Assembly: GCA_018052825.1 (NCBI GenBank)
Contig: JAGPMN010000001.1
Location: 17,232-81,231 of the forward strand
Direction of reading: 5' to 3'
DNA from: Methanothrix sp.
Lineage (GTDB): Archaea; Halobacteriota; Methanosarcinia; Methanotrichales; Methanotrichaceae
Length of the DNA stretch: 64,000 nucleotides
Made by a program: the position numbers and the translations under genes. The notes beneath the pieces are model-generated. The model had not been told where the DNA came from, ran no database searches, and was given only the letters and a program-made list of their open reading frames with translations. Of this stretch, positions 47,304 to 56,337 are shown piece after piece (position 1 is the stretch's first letter; each line of letters opens with the position of its first letter).

Positions 47304-47897
47304 TCAGCGAATGTGGGCATAGCTGTCAATCCTTTCCATCAGCCGGTCCATGGCCTCCCTCTCCCTGGGGCCGCCGCAGCGGTTGATGATCCTCTGCATC
47401 CTCATGAGATCCTCAAAGTAGGAATCGGTGCGCAGAGCCATGTACCTCGTCGCAGCCACTGCCGCCTCCACAACCAGATTGGCCCCCCTATTTACTGCCC
47501 GAAAGTCCTTTCTCAGCACCTCGCCTCGGACCAGCTCCACATTCGCGATTATGATATCGGTGGCAAAGGCCTCGCACTTGAAGAGGCCCCAGGCCTCGGC
47601 GTCCTTGAGGATGGGCAGGCCCTCGCGGCGGGTGAAGTGCTCCTGGGGGAGGTCCTCCAGGGCGGTCTCGGCGAAGAGCCAGGAGTCGTGGCTTACGTTG
47701 GCCACAAACCAGCCCCTGGTGAGCACATTTTCGTAGGTATGGGATCCCAGAAAGAGCCGGACGTAGAGGCTGTCGCCCTCTCTGATGATTCCAAGCGGTG
47801 CGGCATTGACCCTTCCCCGCGTCTCAGTGGTGGCTATTATCTCATTGATTCCGTCCAGTATTCCCAGTTCGTCCAGGCCTGCATTTCCATAAAGCAT
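47304..47897 (-). CDS. DUF447 (FMN-binding split-barrel-like) protein, methanopterin-pathway associated family
   Basis: MLYGNAGLDELGILDGINEIIATTETRGRVNAAPLGII.... ATG 47897 lies 2 nt after the upstream stop. The track ORF extension to 48161 overlaps the upstream gene. Confidence 0.7.
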   Translation of the reverse strand: MLYGNAGLDELGILDGINEIIATTETRGRVNAAPLGIIREGDSLYVRLFLGSHTYENVLTRGWFVANVSHDSWLFAETALEDLPQEHFTRREGLPILKDAEAWGLFKCEAFATDIIIANVELVRGEVLRKDFRAVNRGANLVVEAAVAATRYMALRTDSYFEDLMRMQRIINRCGGPREREAMDRLMERIDSYAHIR

Positions 47898-47899
47898 GA

Positions 47900-48769
47900 T
47901 CAAAACCTCAAACCACTCAGAAGGGAGATAAATAAAGCTGCTGCAATCAGGTCCGCTGTGGAGCCCGGATTGATGTCCCTCTGCAGGAGATCGGCATCCA
48001 GCTCGCGGGCCTTTTTGAGAGTTTTGTCGCTGAGCGCCTCGCCCGCCTTCTTCGAGACCTGGCGGGCCTCCTCTATTCCGAATTTGGCGCAGATGAGGCT
48101 GTCCGGCTCCTCGTATAGCGCCTCGAGGAAGACCCTGACTATGCCGTCGTTGATGCCCCACAGCTCAGTCTCTTTCCCGATCCTTTCCGCGAGGAGGAAT
48201 GTGCGCTGATAGCCGCTGGACCACTCACGGGCGATGAGGTCGTGGCCTGCCGACAGCTGCATCAGGTCGAGAAGCGTCTTTTCACTCGCGCGAAGGCCCT
48301 CCTCCCAGCCCGCCTCGTTGAGGCTGAATCTCTCCACATCCGCCACCCTGGCCCCGGCCTGGCGAAATGCCCTGTAAAAATCCACAGCATCGGCGACGGT
48401 GGTCTTATTCAGGACGCCTCTTACCTCGTCATGCAGCTCTCCGGGCCTGGCTGCTGCCAGGGCGATTGGCATCATGAGCGTGAGAGCGCCGAAGTGGGTA
48501 TTGCTCTGCAGGTCCCAGCCCTTCCAGGCATCGACCGCCTGAAGGATGAGAGAGCCCACGCCGCCCTCGCCTTCATGAGCCTTCTGCGCAGCCTTTCTGA
48601 AGACCGGATAGGAAGAGACCGCACTCGCGAGGAAATGATGAAAGCCGATATCAGCAAAGTCGTGGCAGCGGTCCACATTTCCCGGCTTGGGGCTGGAGGA
48701 GAGCTCGAAGAGCATAGCAAGGACAGCGCTCTCCGCTATGCGATCTGGATCATTTAAATGCCTGCTCAT
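47900..48769 (-). CDS. Triphosphoribosyl-dephospho-CoA synthase (CitG/MdcB)-family protein
   Basis: 289 aa. ...ELSSSPKPGNVDR...DINPGSTADLIAAALFI is typical of the CitG/MdcB fold. Confidence 0.75.
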   Translation of the reverse strand: MSRHLNDPDRIAESAVLAMLFELSSSPKPGNVDRCHDFADIGFHHFLASAVSSYPVFRKAAQKAHEGEGGVGSLILQAVDAWKGWDLQSNTHFGALTLMMPIALAAARPGELHDEVRGVLNKTTVADAVDFYRAFRQAGARVADVERFSLNEAGWEEGLRASEKTLLDLMQLSAGHDLIAREWSSGYQRTFLLAERIGKETELWGINDGIVRVFLEALYEEPDSLICAKFGIEEARQVSKKAGEALSDKTLKKARELDADLLQRDINPGSTADLIAAALFISLLSGLRF

Positions 48770-48772
48770 GGA

Positions 48773-49801
48773 TCATGAAGGCTGGCAGAGAAGCTCTTCG
48801 GCCAGCTTCTTCTTCAGCTCCATGTATTCCCTGGACGATAGTCCGATTTTGGCCATGGCCGCTTCTCTCAGGTAGCACAATTTGGTGGCCTTGCAGCACC
48901 AGACGAGGCTGCCAAAGCATGTTCCTTCGCCTTTCTCCAGGGGTGTTCCGCGGGCTATGGCCAGCTTCTTTGCAACAAACTCCTCCGGGGTCATCCCTGC
49001 TTTCTTCAGTGCGCCGTGCACAGGGCAGTGCTTGACTGGAGGGCAGCAGAAGGCCAGGCCGCGCAGGTCTCCTCCTGCGCAGATGTGCTTGGGGGCGTTG
49101 CACCAGCCGCTCATGGAGTCGTACTCCTGCATGGCATTGGAGAGCCACTCTGCAAACTCCGGATCGGCTCCGCGCAAGGAGACCAGGTCTGCGCCCATGG
49201 CCAGCAGATCTTTGGCATCATCGAACTCGCCGATATCAGCAAGGGCCATGATGGCGGGGCCCCTGCAGTCTTTGGCCTTCTTGACGATCCTCGGGCCGGC
49301 ACCGTTCAGGCCGCGCAGGTCGAGGTGAATGATATCAAGCTCGCTCTCGTTCAGCTTTTCCAGAAGGTCTGGAAACAGATCCTCCGGGCGTATCCTCAGG
49401 GAGAGGGTGACTCCGCAGCGCTTGAGCCTGGGTATCAGCTCCAGCAGCCGGACGGGATCGTGGATCTTGTTGAGCCTGAGATCCAGGAGGGAGAGATTTT
49501 GGCTGGCCAGCCGGGCCGCCTCCAGGAGGGGCTCATCGCGAGAGCAGGTGACGGATATGCCTATTGCTCCTTTTTCGGTGCTGCCTTTATCTCCATCCAT
49601 CCGCTCGCCTTTCGCCCTCCCGGCCTTCATCCTCACCAGGCCGGCCTGCATATCCTCCAGGCTGACCTCGTCCAGGTCAAAGCCATCCAGGAGCAGCAGG
49701 CCCGCAGCATTGCTGAATTCCGGGTGATTTTGGGAAGAAATGACTGCAATGGGATTGTCGATATGCAGATAACCTACTTCAAGCATCGGTGCATCATGCA
49801 C
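48773..49801 (-). CDS. Conserved hypothetical: barrel-like N-domain plus Cys-rich C-terminal module (methanogen-specific family, name uncertain)
   Basis: IIHLDLRGLNGAGPRIV...LAMGADLVSLRG, followed by CNAPKHICAGG...FCCPPVKHCPVHG...CFGSLVWCCKATKLC. The start is GTG 49801 or ATG 49786. Confidence 0.6.
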   Translation of the reverse strand: MHDAPMLEVGYLHIDNPIAVISSQNHPEFSNAAGLLLLDGFDLDEVSLEDMQAGLVRMKAGRAKGERMDGDKGSTEKGAIGISVTCSRDEPLLEAARLASQNLSLLDLRLNKIHDPVRLLELIPRLKRCGVTLSLRIRPEDLFPDLLEKLNESELDIIHLDLRGLNGAGPRIVKKAKDCRGPAIMALADIGEFDDAKDLLAMGADLVSLRGADPEFAEWLSNAMQEYDSMSGWCNAPKHICAGGDLRGLAFCCPPVKHCPVHGALKKAGMTPEEFVAKKLAIARGTPLEKGEGTCFGSLVWCCKATKLCYLREAAMAKIGLSSREYMELKKKLAEELLCQPS

Positions 49802-49856
49802 AGTCTCAAGATATCAGCCTTTCGCTGATAATACGATTTACTACGTAGCAGAGGCA

Positions 49857-49865
49857 TTTTTATAT
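49857..49865. promoter_or_regulatory. Candidate shared TATA element in divergent intergenic region
   Basis: TTTTTATAT is centred about 36 nt upstream of ATG 49897. Read on the other strand (ATATAAAAA), it faces the 49801 operon. Confidence 0.3.
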
Positions 49866-49896
49866 CCCAGAAAATACATGGTCGTGCGGTGATACG

Positions 49897-50334
49897 ATGG
49901 TGACCTTCAAGGTTGATGCAGACGCAAGGGCTATTGTCCAGGGTTCGGAGGACCAGGAGAAGCGCCCCCTGGTGGCCAAGGTTAAGGGAGCGGGAAAGGA
50001 CGGAGCTATAAGCGTCCAGATCTCCGGTGAGGGCGGCCCCATCTCCGCCAGGATATCGGGCGACTCGTCAAGCCCTGTGGCCGTCGGGCCCATAGAGGTC
50101 TCTCCCATCACCATTGTTCCCGATCTGCAGGCGGCGGCCAGAGTGGTCGACCTCGCCTCGCTCATAGGAGCCATCACCAAACTATCCCAGGGAGTCAATG
50201 TGCAGGTTGGCAATTCCGGAGAGCCCCTGGCCATAGCTCTCGGAAAGATTCCAGTGGACCTGACCATATCCGTCTCCTCTCCCGCCCAGGAGCCGGTCTT
50301 CAAGGTGGAGATCAAGGGAAGCATAGGTGATTGA
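49897..50334 (+). CDS. Hypothetical protein (Gly/Ser/Val/Ile-rich, beta-type)
   Basis: 145 aa with no family recognised. Its stop overlaps the next gene's TTG. The opposite-strand 249-aa ORF looks non-genic. Confidence 0.5.
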   Translation: MVTFKVDADARAIVQGSEDQEKRPLVAKVKGAGKDGAISVQISGEGGPISARISGDSSSPVAVGPIEVSPITIVPDLQAAARVVDLASLIGAITKLSQGVNVQVGNSGEPLAIALGKIPVDLTISVSSPAQEPVFKVEIKGSIGD

Positions 50335-50807
50335 TAATTCTTCCAGCTCTCCCCTCCTGGCTGATGACGCTGCTGGCAGCAGCCCTTCCCATATCCGAAG
50401 TCCGGGGGGCCATACCCCTGGCCATAGGAATCTACGGCTACCCTCCTTTGCATGCCTATCTTCTGTCCGTCTTCGGCAATATGCTGCCCGTTCTTCCCCT
50501 GCTCCTTTTCCTGGGGCCGGTATCCGATTTCCTGAGGCGCTTCTCCGCGGGGGAGAGGTTTTTCTCCTGGCTCTTTGCACGCACCCGGAGAAAGTACATC
50601 CAGGAGCATGAGAACTTCGGGCTCGCCGCGCTGGTCATGTTCGTGGCCATCCCCCTGCCCATGACAGGAGCCTGGACAGGATGCGCCATCGCCTTTCTTC
50701 TGGGATTTCGCTTCTGGCCGGCCTTCGCAGCCATCGCCGCTGGAGTTGCCGTCGCAGGGATCATAGTCACGGTCACTGTGGTGGGCGTGCAGTGGATAGT
50801 GTTATGA
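50331..50807 (+). CDS. Small multidrug-export-like membrane protein (COG2426 family)
   Basis: LLAAALPISEVRGAIPLAIG...IPLPMTGAWTGCAIAFLLG. The start is TTG 50331 or ATG 50364. Confidence 0.7.
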   Translation: MIILPALPSWLMTLLAAALPISEVRGAIPLAIGIYGYPPLHAYLLSVFGNMLPVLPLLLFLGPVSDFLRRFSAGERFFSWLFARTRRKYIQEHENFGLAALVMFVAIPLPMTGAWTGCAIAFLLGFRFWPAFAAIAAGVAVAGIIVTVTVVGVQWIVL

Positions 50808-50867
50808 ATAATCGCGCATCTTTTCCCATTTTCCCTGTCCATCCAGTGCCATCTTGAAGTGTATGAG

Positions 50868-50876
50868 TATATAAAT
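50868..50876 (+). promoter_or_regulatory. Candidate TATA box for UPF0146 gene
   Basis: TATATAAAT is centred about 45 nt upstream of ATG 50916. This argues against the GTG 50859 track start. Confidence 0.35.
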
Positions 50877-50915
50877 GCCAAGCTTTTAGGACTCTACAGA
50901 ATAAGGCATGAATAT

Positions 50916-51320
50916 ATGGGATCGTCACTTTACGACGCAGAGGACCTGGCTGAGTACATCGCTCAAAACTACACCGGCCGGGTGGTGGAGGTGGGAGCAG
51001 GCCACATGCCTGATGTTGCCCTGGCAGTCCGGGCCCGCGGCCTGGATGTGCTGCTCACAGACAGAGAGGAGGGGCTGGCCGCAGTGGCGGACGACATATT
51101 CTCCCCTAAAATGGAGATATACCGGGGCGCAAGCCTTCTCTACTCAATCCGCCCGCCGCTGGAGCTGCAGCTGGCCATGGGCCAGGTCGCCGCCCGGACT
51201 GGTGCAGACGTCCTGGTCCGGCCGCTGGGAGACGAGGTGGCGGAGCTGCCCGGCCTCACCCGCAGGCTGGTCAACTTCGGACAGGCAAGGTTCTTCCTGT
51301 TTGTCCAATCCAGCCGTTAA
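50916..51320 (+). CDS. UPF0146-family protein (SAM-methyltransferase-like fold)
   Basis: MGSSLYDAEDLAEYIAQNYTGRVVEVGAGHMPDVALAV...DDIFSP...LLYSIRPPLEL. Confidence 0.7.
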   Translation: MGSSLYDAEDLAEYIAQNYTGRVVEVGAGHMPDVALAVRARGLDVLLTDREEGLAAVADDIFSPKMEIYRGASLLYSIRPPLELQLAMGQVAARTGADVLVRPLGDEVAELPGLTRRLVNFGQARFFLFVQSSR

Positions 51321-51422
51321 TATCCACAGATCGGATTCGATCTCGAGCTACAGGGACAATGTTGAGATGGTGCGAAACTTCCCTCCCCAATCATTAAGTC
51401 CTCTGCAGTACAATAGCATATC

Positions 51423-52631
51423 ATGATCTCCCTCTCCGCCATACAGAACGCCTCAGATCTCCTCCGGGGCAAGGTCGTGCGTACCCCCCTCGTCTACTCC
51501 CAGACCTTCAGCGATATGACCGGCTCAGAGGTCTATCTGAAGCTTGAGAGCCTGCAGCTCGGCGGATCCTTCAAGGTCCGCGGCGCCACCTGCAAGATCC
51601 TCTCCCACATAAAAGACATAAAAGCCGGAGGTGTGGTCGCAGCGTCGGTGGGCAACCACGCTCAGGGAGTGGCTCTCGCCGCACGCGCGGCCTGCCTGCC
51701 AGCCACCATCATCATGCCGGTCTGGGCCTCCCTGGCCAAGCAGCAGGCAGCAAAAGGCTACGGTGCAGAGCTGCTCCTGAGGGGCGAGAGCCTCGTGGAG
51801 AGCATATCCATTGGCCGGAAGATAGCTGCCGAGACGCAGAGGCTCTTCATCCACCCCTACGACGACGAAGAGGTCATGGCAGGCCAGGGGACGATCGGCC
51901 TGGAGATCACGGAGGACCTGCCCGATGTGGACTATATATTCGTCCCTGTAGGTGGAGGCGGCCTCATCGCCGGCATAGCTGCGGCTGCAAAGGCGATACG
52001 CCCGGCCGTTCACGTCGCCGGCGTCCAGTCCTCCGCCTGCCCCTCTGCCCTCGAGGCCCTTCGGGCTGGCAGGCCCGTGGATGTGGAAGCAGATGAGAGA
52101 GGTGCCCTGGCCGATGCCATCATGGTCACACGTGTGGGAGAGTTTGCATTTCCCATACTGCAGAGGCTGGTGGACGAGATCGCCCTTGTGGACGAAGATC
52201 AGATCGCCTCCGCCATGCTGCTGCTCATCGAGCGCAAGAGGGTCCTGGCAGAGGGTGCAGGAGCTGCGCCCCTGGCTGCGCTTCTCGCCGGATCTCCGTC
52301 GATTCCACAGGGCAGCAGGGTGGCGCTTGTGATCAGCGGCGGAAATGTGGACAGCCTGCTCCTGGACAGGATAATAGCCGCCGGCCTGAGCAAGCAGGGA
52401 AGAATGATGCGTTTTTCCGTCTGCCTGGAGGACGCCCCCGGCACCCTGGCCGGGCTGCTCTCGCTGCTGGCCCGGCTGCAGGCCAATGTGGTGCATATTC
52501 ACCATGCCAGAAATGAGCGCAACCTGCCCATAAATTTCAGCAGGGTGGACCTCGAGCTGGAGACGCGGGGATTCGAGCATATCAAAGAGATCGAGAGCAG
52601 TCTCCAGGAGACCGGCTACATCGTATGGTAG
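51423..52631 (+). CDS. ilvA: Threonine ammonia-lyase (threonine dehydratase) with C-terminal ACT-like domain
   Basis: PLP-lysine motif LQLGGSFKVRGA. Glycine loop VPVGGGGLIAG. 402 aa. Confidence 0.85.
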   Translation: MISLSAIQNASDLLRGKVVRTPLVYSQTFSDMTGSEVYLKLESLQLGGSFKVRGATCKILSHIKDIKAGGVVAASVGNHAQGVALAARAACLPATIIMPVWASLAKQQAAKGYGAELLLRGESLVESISIGRKIAAETQRLFIHPYDDEEVMAGQGTIGLEITEDLPDVDYIFVPVGGGGLIAGIAAAAKAIRPAVHVAGVQSSACPSALEALRAGRPVDVEADERGALADAIMVTRVGEFAFPILQRLVDEIALVDEDQIASAMLLLIERKRVLAEGAGAAPLAALLAGSPSIPQGSRVALVISGGNVDSLLLDRIIAAGLSKQGRMMRFSVCLEDAPGTLAGLLSLLARLQANVVHIHHARNERNLPINFSRVDLELETRGFEHIKEIESSLQETGYIVW

Positions 52632-52691
52632 GCGTCTTGTAATCATACTGGCAGACAGCCACTGTCCCGGGATTTGCAGAGCCGTAGGGGC

Positions 52692-53285
52692 TCAGGCAGA
52701 AGAATCATCGAGCCTTATGCTCTTCTGAGCCTGAAACGAACCTTTGTAGAGCTCTTCGCTTTTATTCATATTGATGGAAAAGCCTCGCTTGTTATTGATG
52801 TCCCAGAGACCCTCAAAGGCCAGGGCTGTATCAAAGGCCATATAATTATTGTTGCGGCTATTAGACCTCACCACGCTGGACTCATTCTTGTCCACGTGGC
52901 TGAGGTTGAACCTCTCGCTCACACTGGCCCCGATGCCTTTTTGGAATAATGGCAACTCCAGCCTCTTCCTGTTCTTGAGCTGCCCTCCCGTAAAAACCAG
53001 GTCCGACTTCTGGGCGAGATCGACCTTCGTTCCTGCCTTGCTCATGTTACGCAGGGATTCGAAGCTGATCGATCCAGATCCCTTCATCCAGCCGCTGGAA
53101 TCCACTGCATAATCGTGGAATGAGCCCTTGATAGAGATCTCGCCCGAGCCGCTGACAGTTGAGGCCTCATCGAAGTGAAATCCCCTGGGCCCAAAATCTG
53201 CCGCTATAGCACCGGAGAAAAACCCGGCAGCAAAGGCCAGTATGAGGACCGCACGAAGAGAGCCGAGCAAATTGCCTTTCACCAA
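52692..53285 (-). CDS. Secreted hypothetical protein
   Basis: N-terminal LGSLRAVLILAFAAGFFSGAIAADFG followed by a Ser/Gly/Asn/Lys-rich beta-type sequence. 197 aa. Confidence 0.5.
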   Translation of the reverse strand: MVKGNLLGSLRAVLILAFAAGFFSGAIAADFGPRGFHFDEASTVSGSGEISIKGSFHDYAVDSSGWMKGSGSISFESLRNMSKAGTKVDLAQKSDLVFTGGQLKNRKRLELPLFQKGIGASVSERFNLSHVDKNESSVVRSNSRNNNYMAFDTALAFEGLWDINNKRGFSINMNKSEELYKGSFQAQKSIRLDDSSA

Positions 53286-53573
53286 AAATTCCTGATGGTG
53301 GGACTGGATAATTAATCTTTTGGGTCAGACGGAATGAGATCGGTTGAGTTTTATCACCGGCAGGGATACACATCTCATTGATATTCATGTTGAATTTATA
53401 TTTTTTGTGTTATGAACTTGTTGGCTGAAAAACACAGATCCACAAAGAGCACCTCAGGCTCACAAAGACGGCTATCTCTACTAGACTCGTAATAATACCT
53501 AAGTAGTATATCGAAAGAATTAAATACCATGATGATTACGTTGTTATTATTAATATTATGTAGAACAGAACCC

Positions 53574-53633
53574 AAAACGGCTCAGGGGCACCTTTTGCAA
53601 CCCTCATCCATCCCCTCTGCCCTGAGCCGTTTT
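53574..53633. repeat. Perfect 14-bp inverted repeat with 32-nt spacer
   Basis: AAAACGGCTCAGGG (53574-53587) and CCCTGAGCCGTTTT (53620-53633). On the minus strand the 3' arm ends in TTTT. Confidence 0.6.
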
Positions 53634-53740
53634 ACTTCCTCATCCCAATTTCCTGCGCTCCTCTCTTCCACCAGGCTCTTGACCCCCCGGTGCATCTCCT
53701 CCGTGGCCCTGAAGAGCCTGTCGAACATGGCAGGAGCCAT
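53582..53740 (-). CDS. Possible 52-aa protein
   Basis: MAPAMFDRLFRATEEMHRGVKSLVEERSAGNWDEEVKRLRAEGMDEGCKRCP. It is below the track cut-off, and its 3' end lies inside the inverted repeat. No homology support. Confidence 0.25.
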   Translation of the reverse strand: MAPAMFDRLFRATEEMHRGVKSLVEERSAGNWDEEVKRLRAEGMDEGCKRCP

Positions 53741-53875
53741 CTCCCGGATCACAAGAGACGCCTGCCTTGCTTAATTCCGCCACTGGTGGCTACACTCTCT
53801 ACCAGCATGGCAGTGTCGGGCATTGTCTTTCCGATGAGCCTCTGCGTACTTGTTGGTGGCGAGCCAGAATTTCGA

Positions 53876-55816
53876 TCACCCCGGCCTGCTCCTGATCCTC
53901 GACCCTCCTGGAGGCAGAAACTGCACTATCCGGTCTACAGAGGCTATCGACTTGAGATATGCCCTGTCCTCCACCTTCTCTGAGAAGAGCCTGTATATCC
54001 TCTTGGCCAGGTCGTCGGCGTTGTACTCCCCAGGCTCGATCTGCACTGCAGGATCTGCCCTGGGCAGGACGGCGGAAACCGGGCCGCCGATGAGAAGCCC
54101 CTCAGATATCCCCAGGGCCAGGCCTAAAGCCGTGTCCCTGAAGTACCGGCGCTCGCCGCGGATGACAAAGGCGCCCTTCCTGAGAAACTCGCCGCTCTCC
54201 GGAGTTTTGCTGACCTGATCGCCCCTGACCAGGTAGCAGTCCGCGGCAGCAAGGCCGCCCTTCCATATGGAGGAGTAGCTGACAGCAAACTGGGCCGCCT
54301 CTGCCAGTGTGCCCTCAGGCACCGCCTCGCCCCCTGTCTTGATCACTGTGAGGGGCGCGCCGGGGGCGTCGGTATGCATGGCCAGGTCGCGCTTTTCCAG
54401 ATATTTGGCATATATCTCCTCGTTGCTCTCCGCATCCCGGCCCCCCAGCACCAGAAATCCGTCCGAGGAGTGGAACCATCTGAACCTCTCGTACCACCTG
54501 GGCTTTCTCCTCCTCGGAGCAGCGGATTGGTGGCCTCTCCTGGGGGCGGACTTGCCTGCCTTCAGCTCCATTGTGATCTGAAGGGCCTCGCGCGCGCCTG
54601 CTGCCTTGCGGGCCATCTCCTTGGCCCTCTCATAGTACCTCTGGGCGTTCTGCGGGACTGTGAGACCAGCATGCAGCTCCATCTGCTCTCCCTCTACTAC
54701 AGCCCGCATCTCCCCCTGGCCGTCCAGGGAGAGAATGGATCTGGCGGAGGGCAGGTCCGAGCCGCTGATCCTCTCCCAGATCTCGTTATATGAGTAGCCT
54801 TTGCCGTGGGCCTGGGCGACGACATTCAAAATCTTCTCTACGCTCCCGTATATTTGATAGACAAGCTCGCCCCTGGCGATGAGGGCCCTCTCCTGGGCCT
54901 CGAACTCCTCCACAGCCCTCTTCTGCAGCTCGATCCTCCTGTCCAGGGGGTCCTGCCCGGCCTCTGCCGGAGCCTCTTTTTCCTCAAAGAAGGCATCAAC
55001 CGCCTCGCTGAATGTAGCATAGCGCCGTACGGGCAGCCCATCGTAAATGCGCAGCGGCCTGGAGAGCACATCCACCGGCTCGCTGCCGTCCCGGGATAGG
55101 ACGATGTGTGGATCGAATGTCTGATCCAGAAAGACCTGGCGCAGGGCCTGGTGGACCCGCTCGACCTCAGAGGCATCCAGGTCGGCGGCCGGCCTGTTCT
55201 TGTCCACTCCCGCCACGAGACAGACCTCTTCACCGTAGGTTCCGCCCATGTTCAGCCCCCGCACCAGAGAGCGCACCAGGTCCTGGCCGGCGGAGGATAG
55301 CCACGCAGATAGCTCCTCTTGCGATATTGTGCGCGGGTCAGGCTGTCCGGGATGGTATACGTACCTCTCTCCGGCCGCCATCTTGCTGCCCCGGTAGACC
55401 ATCTTTTTGAGCATGGAGAGGATCTGGCGGTTCTCATCCAGCAGCACTATGCTGCCCTTGGGAAACAGCTCTATCACCAGATAGTGGCGGGCGCCGGAGC
55501 GCTCCACTGCGATCTCCAGCACCCGGTCGAAGTCGTGCTGGCGGATCTCCACAATCCTGCCGCCGGAGAGGCGAGCCCTGAGCATTGTGGGAAACTGAGG
55601 AGGCGTCCTGGATGCCGGCCTCTGTCCTTTGGTGATATTGATCCTCCTGCCTGCCACAAGCAACAGGTCCAGCCTTCCCTCTGCCGGGGACTGGACGGAC
55701 AGCCAGATCCTGTCCGAGGACTGCTGATAGGCCTTGCCCACGAAGCCGCCCAGGATCCTGTCAGACAGCTCTGCTGCCATGGCAGCAACATCCACATTGC
55801 TCATCGCCTTCTTCAT
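53876..55816 (-). CDS. NFACT-family protein (Rqc2/RqcH/FbpA homologue, ribosome quality control)
   Basis: MKKAMSNVDVAAMAAELSD...(NFACT-N) and FHSSDGFLVLGGRDAESNEEIYAKYLEKRDLAMHTDAPGAP (NFACT-R/DUF814). ATG 55816. The track start at 55864 is a TTG. Confidence 0.85.
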   Translation of the reverse strand: MKKAMSNVDVAAMAAELSDRILGGFVGKAYQQSSDRIWLSVQSPAEGRLDLLLVAGRRINITKGQRPASRTPPQFPTMLRARLSGGRIVEIRQHDFDRVLEIAVERSGARHYLVIELFPKGSIVLLDENRQILSMLKKMVYRGSKMAAGERYVYHPGQPDPRTISQEELSAWLSSAGQDLVRSLVRGLNMGGTYGEEVCLVAGVDKNRPAADLDASEVERVHQALRQVFLDQTFDPHIVLSRDGSEPVDVLSRPLRIYDGLPVRRYATFSEAVDAFFEEKEAPAEAGQDPLDRRIELQKRAVEEFEAQERALIARGELVYQIYGSVEKILNVVAQAHGKGYSYNEIWERISGSDLPSARSILSLDGQGEMRAVVEGEQMELHAGLTVPQNAQRYYERAKEMARKAAGAREALQITMELKAGKSAPRRGHQSAAPRRRKPRWYERFRWFHSSDGFLVLGGRDAESNEEIYAKYLEKRDLAMHTDAPGAPLTVIKTGGEAVPEGTLAEAAQFAVSYSSIWKGGLAAADCYLVRGDQVSKTPESGEFLRKGAFVIRGERRYFRDTALGLALGISEGLLIGGPVSAVLPRADPAVQIEPGEYNADDLAKRIYRLFSEKVEDRAYLKSIASVDRIVQFLPPGGSRIRSRPG

Positions 55817-55875
55817 GAGATGGCCCTGTAGCGGATCAATCGATAAATAGTTGCGGATGCTCAATAGAGAATGAG

Positions 55876-56337
55876 ATGACCGGAAAAGAGTGCGAGGTGC
55901 AGAATGAGGCAGCTGAGAACGTGAAGCGCTTTTTAGCTGATCTTATGCTCATGCGCCTGGCCAGGTGGCTGCGGCTGCTGGGGCAGGATGTGGCAGTTCC
56001 GGCCGGCGAGAGGGACGAGGAGCTGCTGCGCCAGGCCGGGCAGGAGGAGCGGACTGTCATCACCAGGGATAAAGGGCTCTTTCAGGCCTGCCTGCGGGCA
56101 AATGTGCCCTGCGTTCTTATCAGGTCCTCAGACTTATCCGGTCAGCTGCGAGAGATGGCAGAGGCGGGCCTGCCACTGCGGCTTAACCCGAGAAGGTGCA
56201 CAGTGTGCAACGGCCTGCTGGAGGAGATAGGCTCTCCACAGGGGCAGAGGTGGCGGTGCCGGGATTGCGGGAAGCTCTACTGGCAGGGGGGACACTGGAA
56301 GGGGATAAAAAAGAGGCTGGAGGAGCTGAGACCCTGA
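55876..56337 (+). CDS. Mut7-C/DUF82 PIN-like RNase domain protein with zinc ribbon
   Basis: FLADLMLMRLARWLRLLGQDV...CTVCNGLLEE...CRDCGKLYWQGGHW. Confidence 0.8.
   Translation: MTGKECEVQNEAAENVKRFLADLMLMRLARWLRLLGQDVAVPAGERDEELLRQAGQEERTVITRDKGLFQACLRANVPCVLIRSSDLSGQLREMAEAGLPLRLNPRRCTVCNGLLEEIGSPQGQRWRCRDCGKLYWQGGHWKGIKKRLEELRP

Noticed and set aside
49860-50609. 249-aa minus-strand ORF overlapping the 145-aa and COG2426 genes
   Set aside because: The plus-strand COG2426 product has a clear family signature. The minus-strand translation is Pro/Gly/Arg-rich and spans two plus-strand genes.
51525-52646. 373-aa minus-strand ORF antisense to the threonine dehydratase gene
   Set aside because: It is a shadow ORF. 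The plus-strand product carries the PLP-lysine and glycine-loop motifs.
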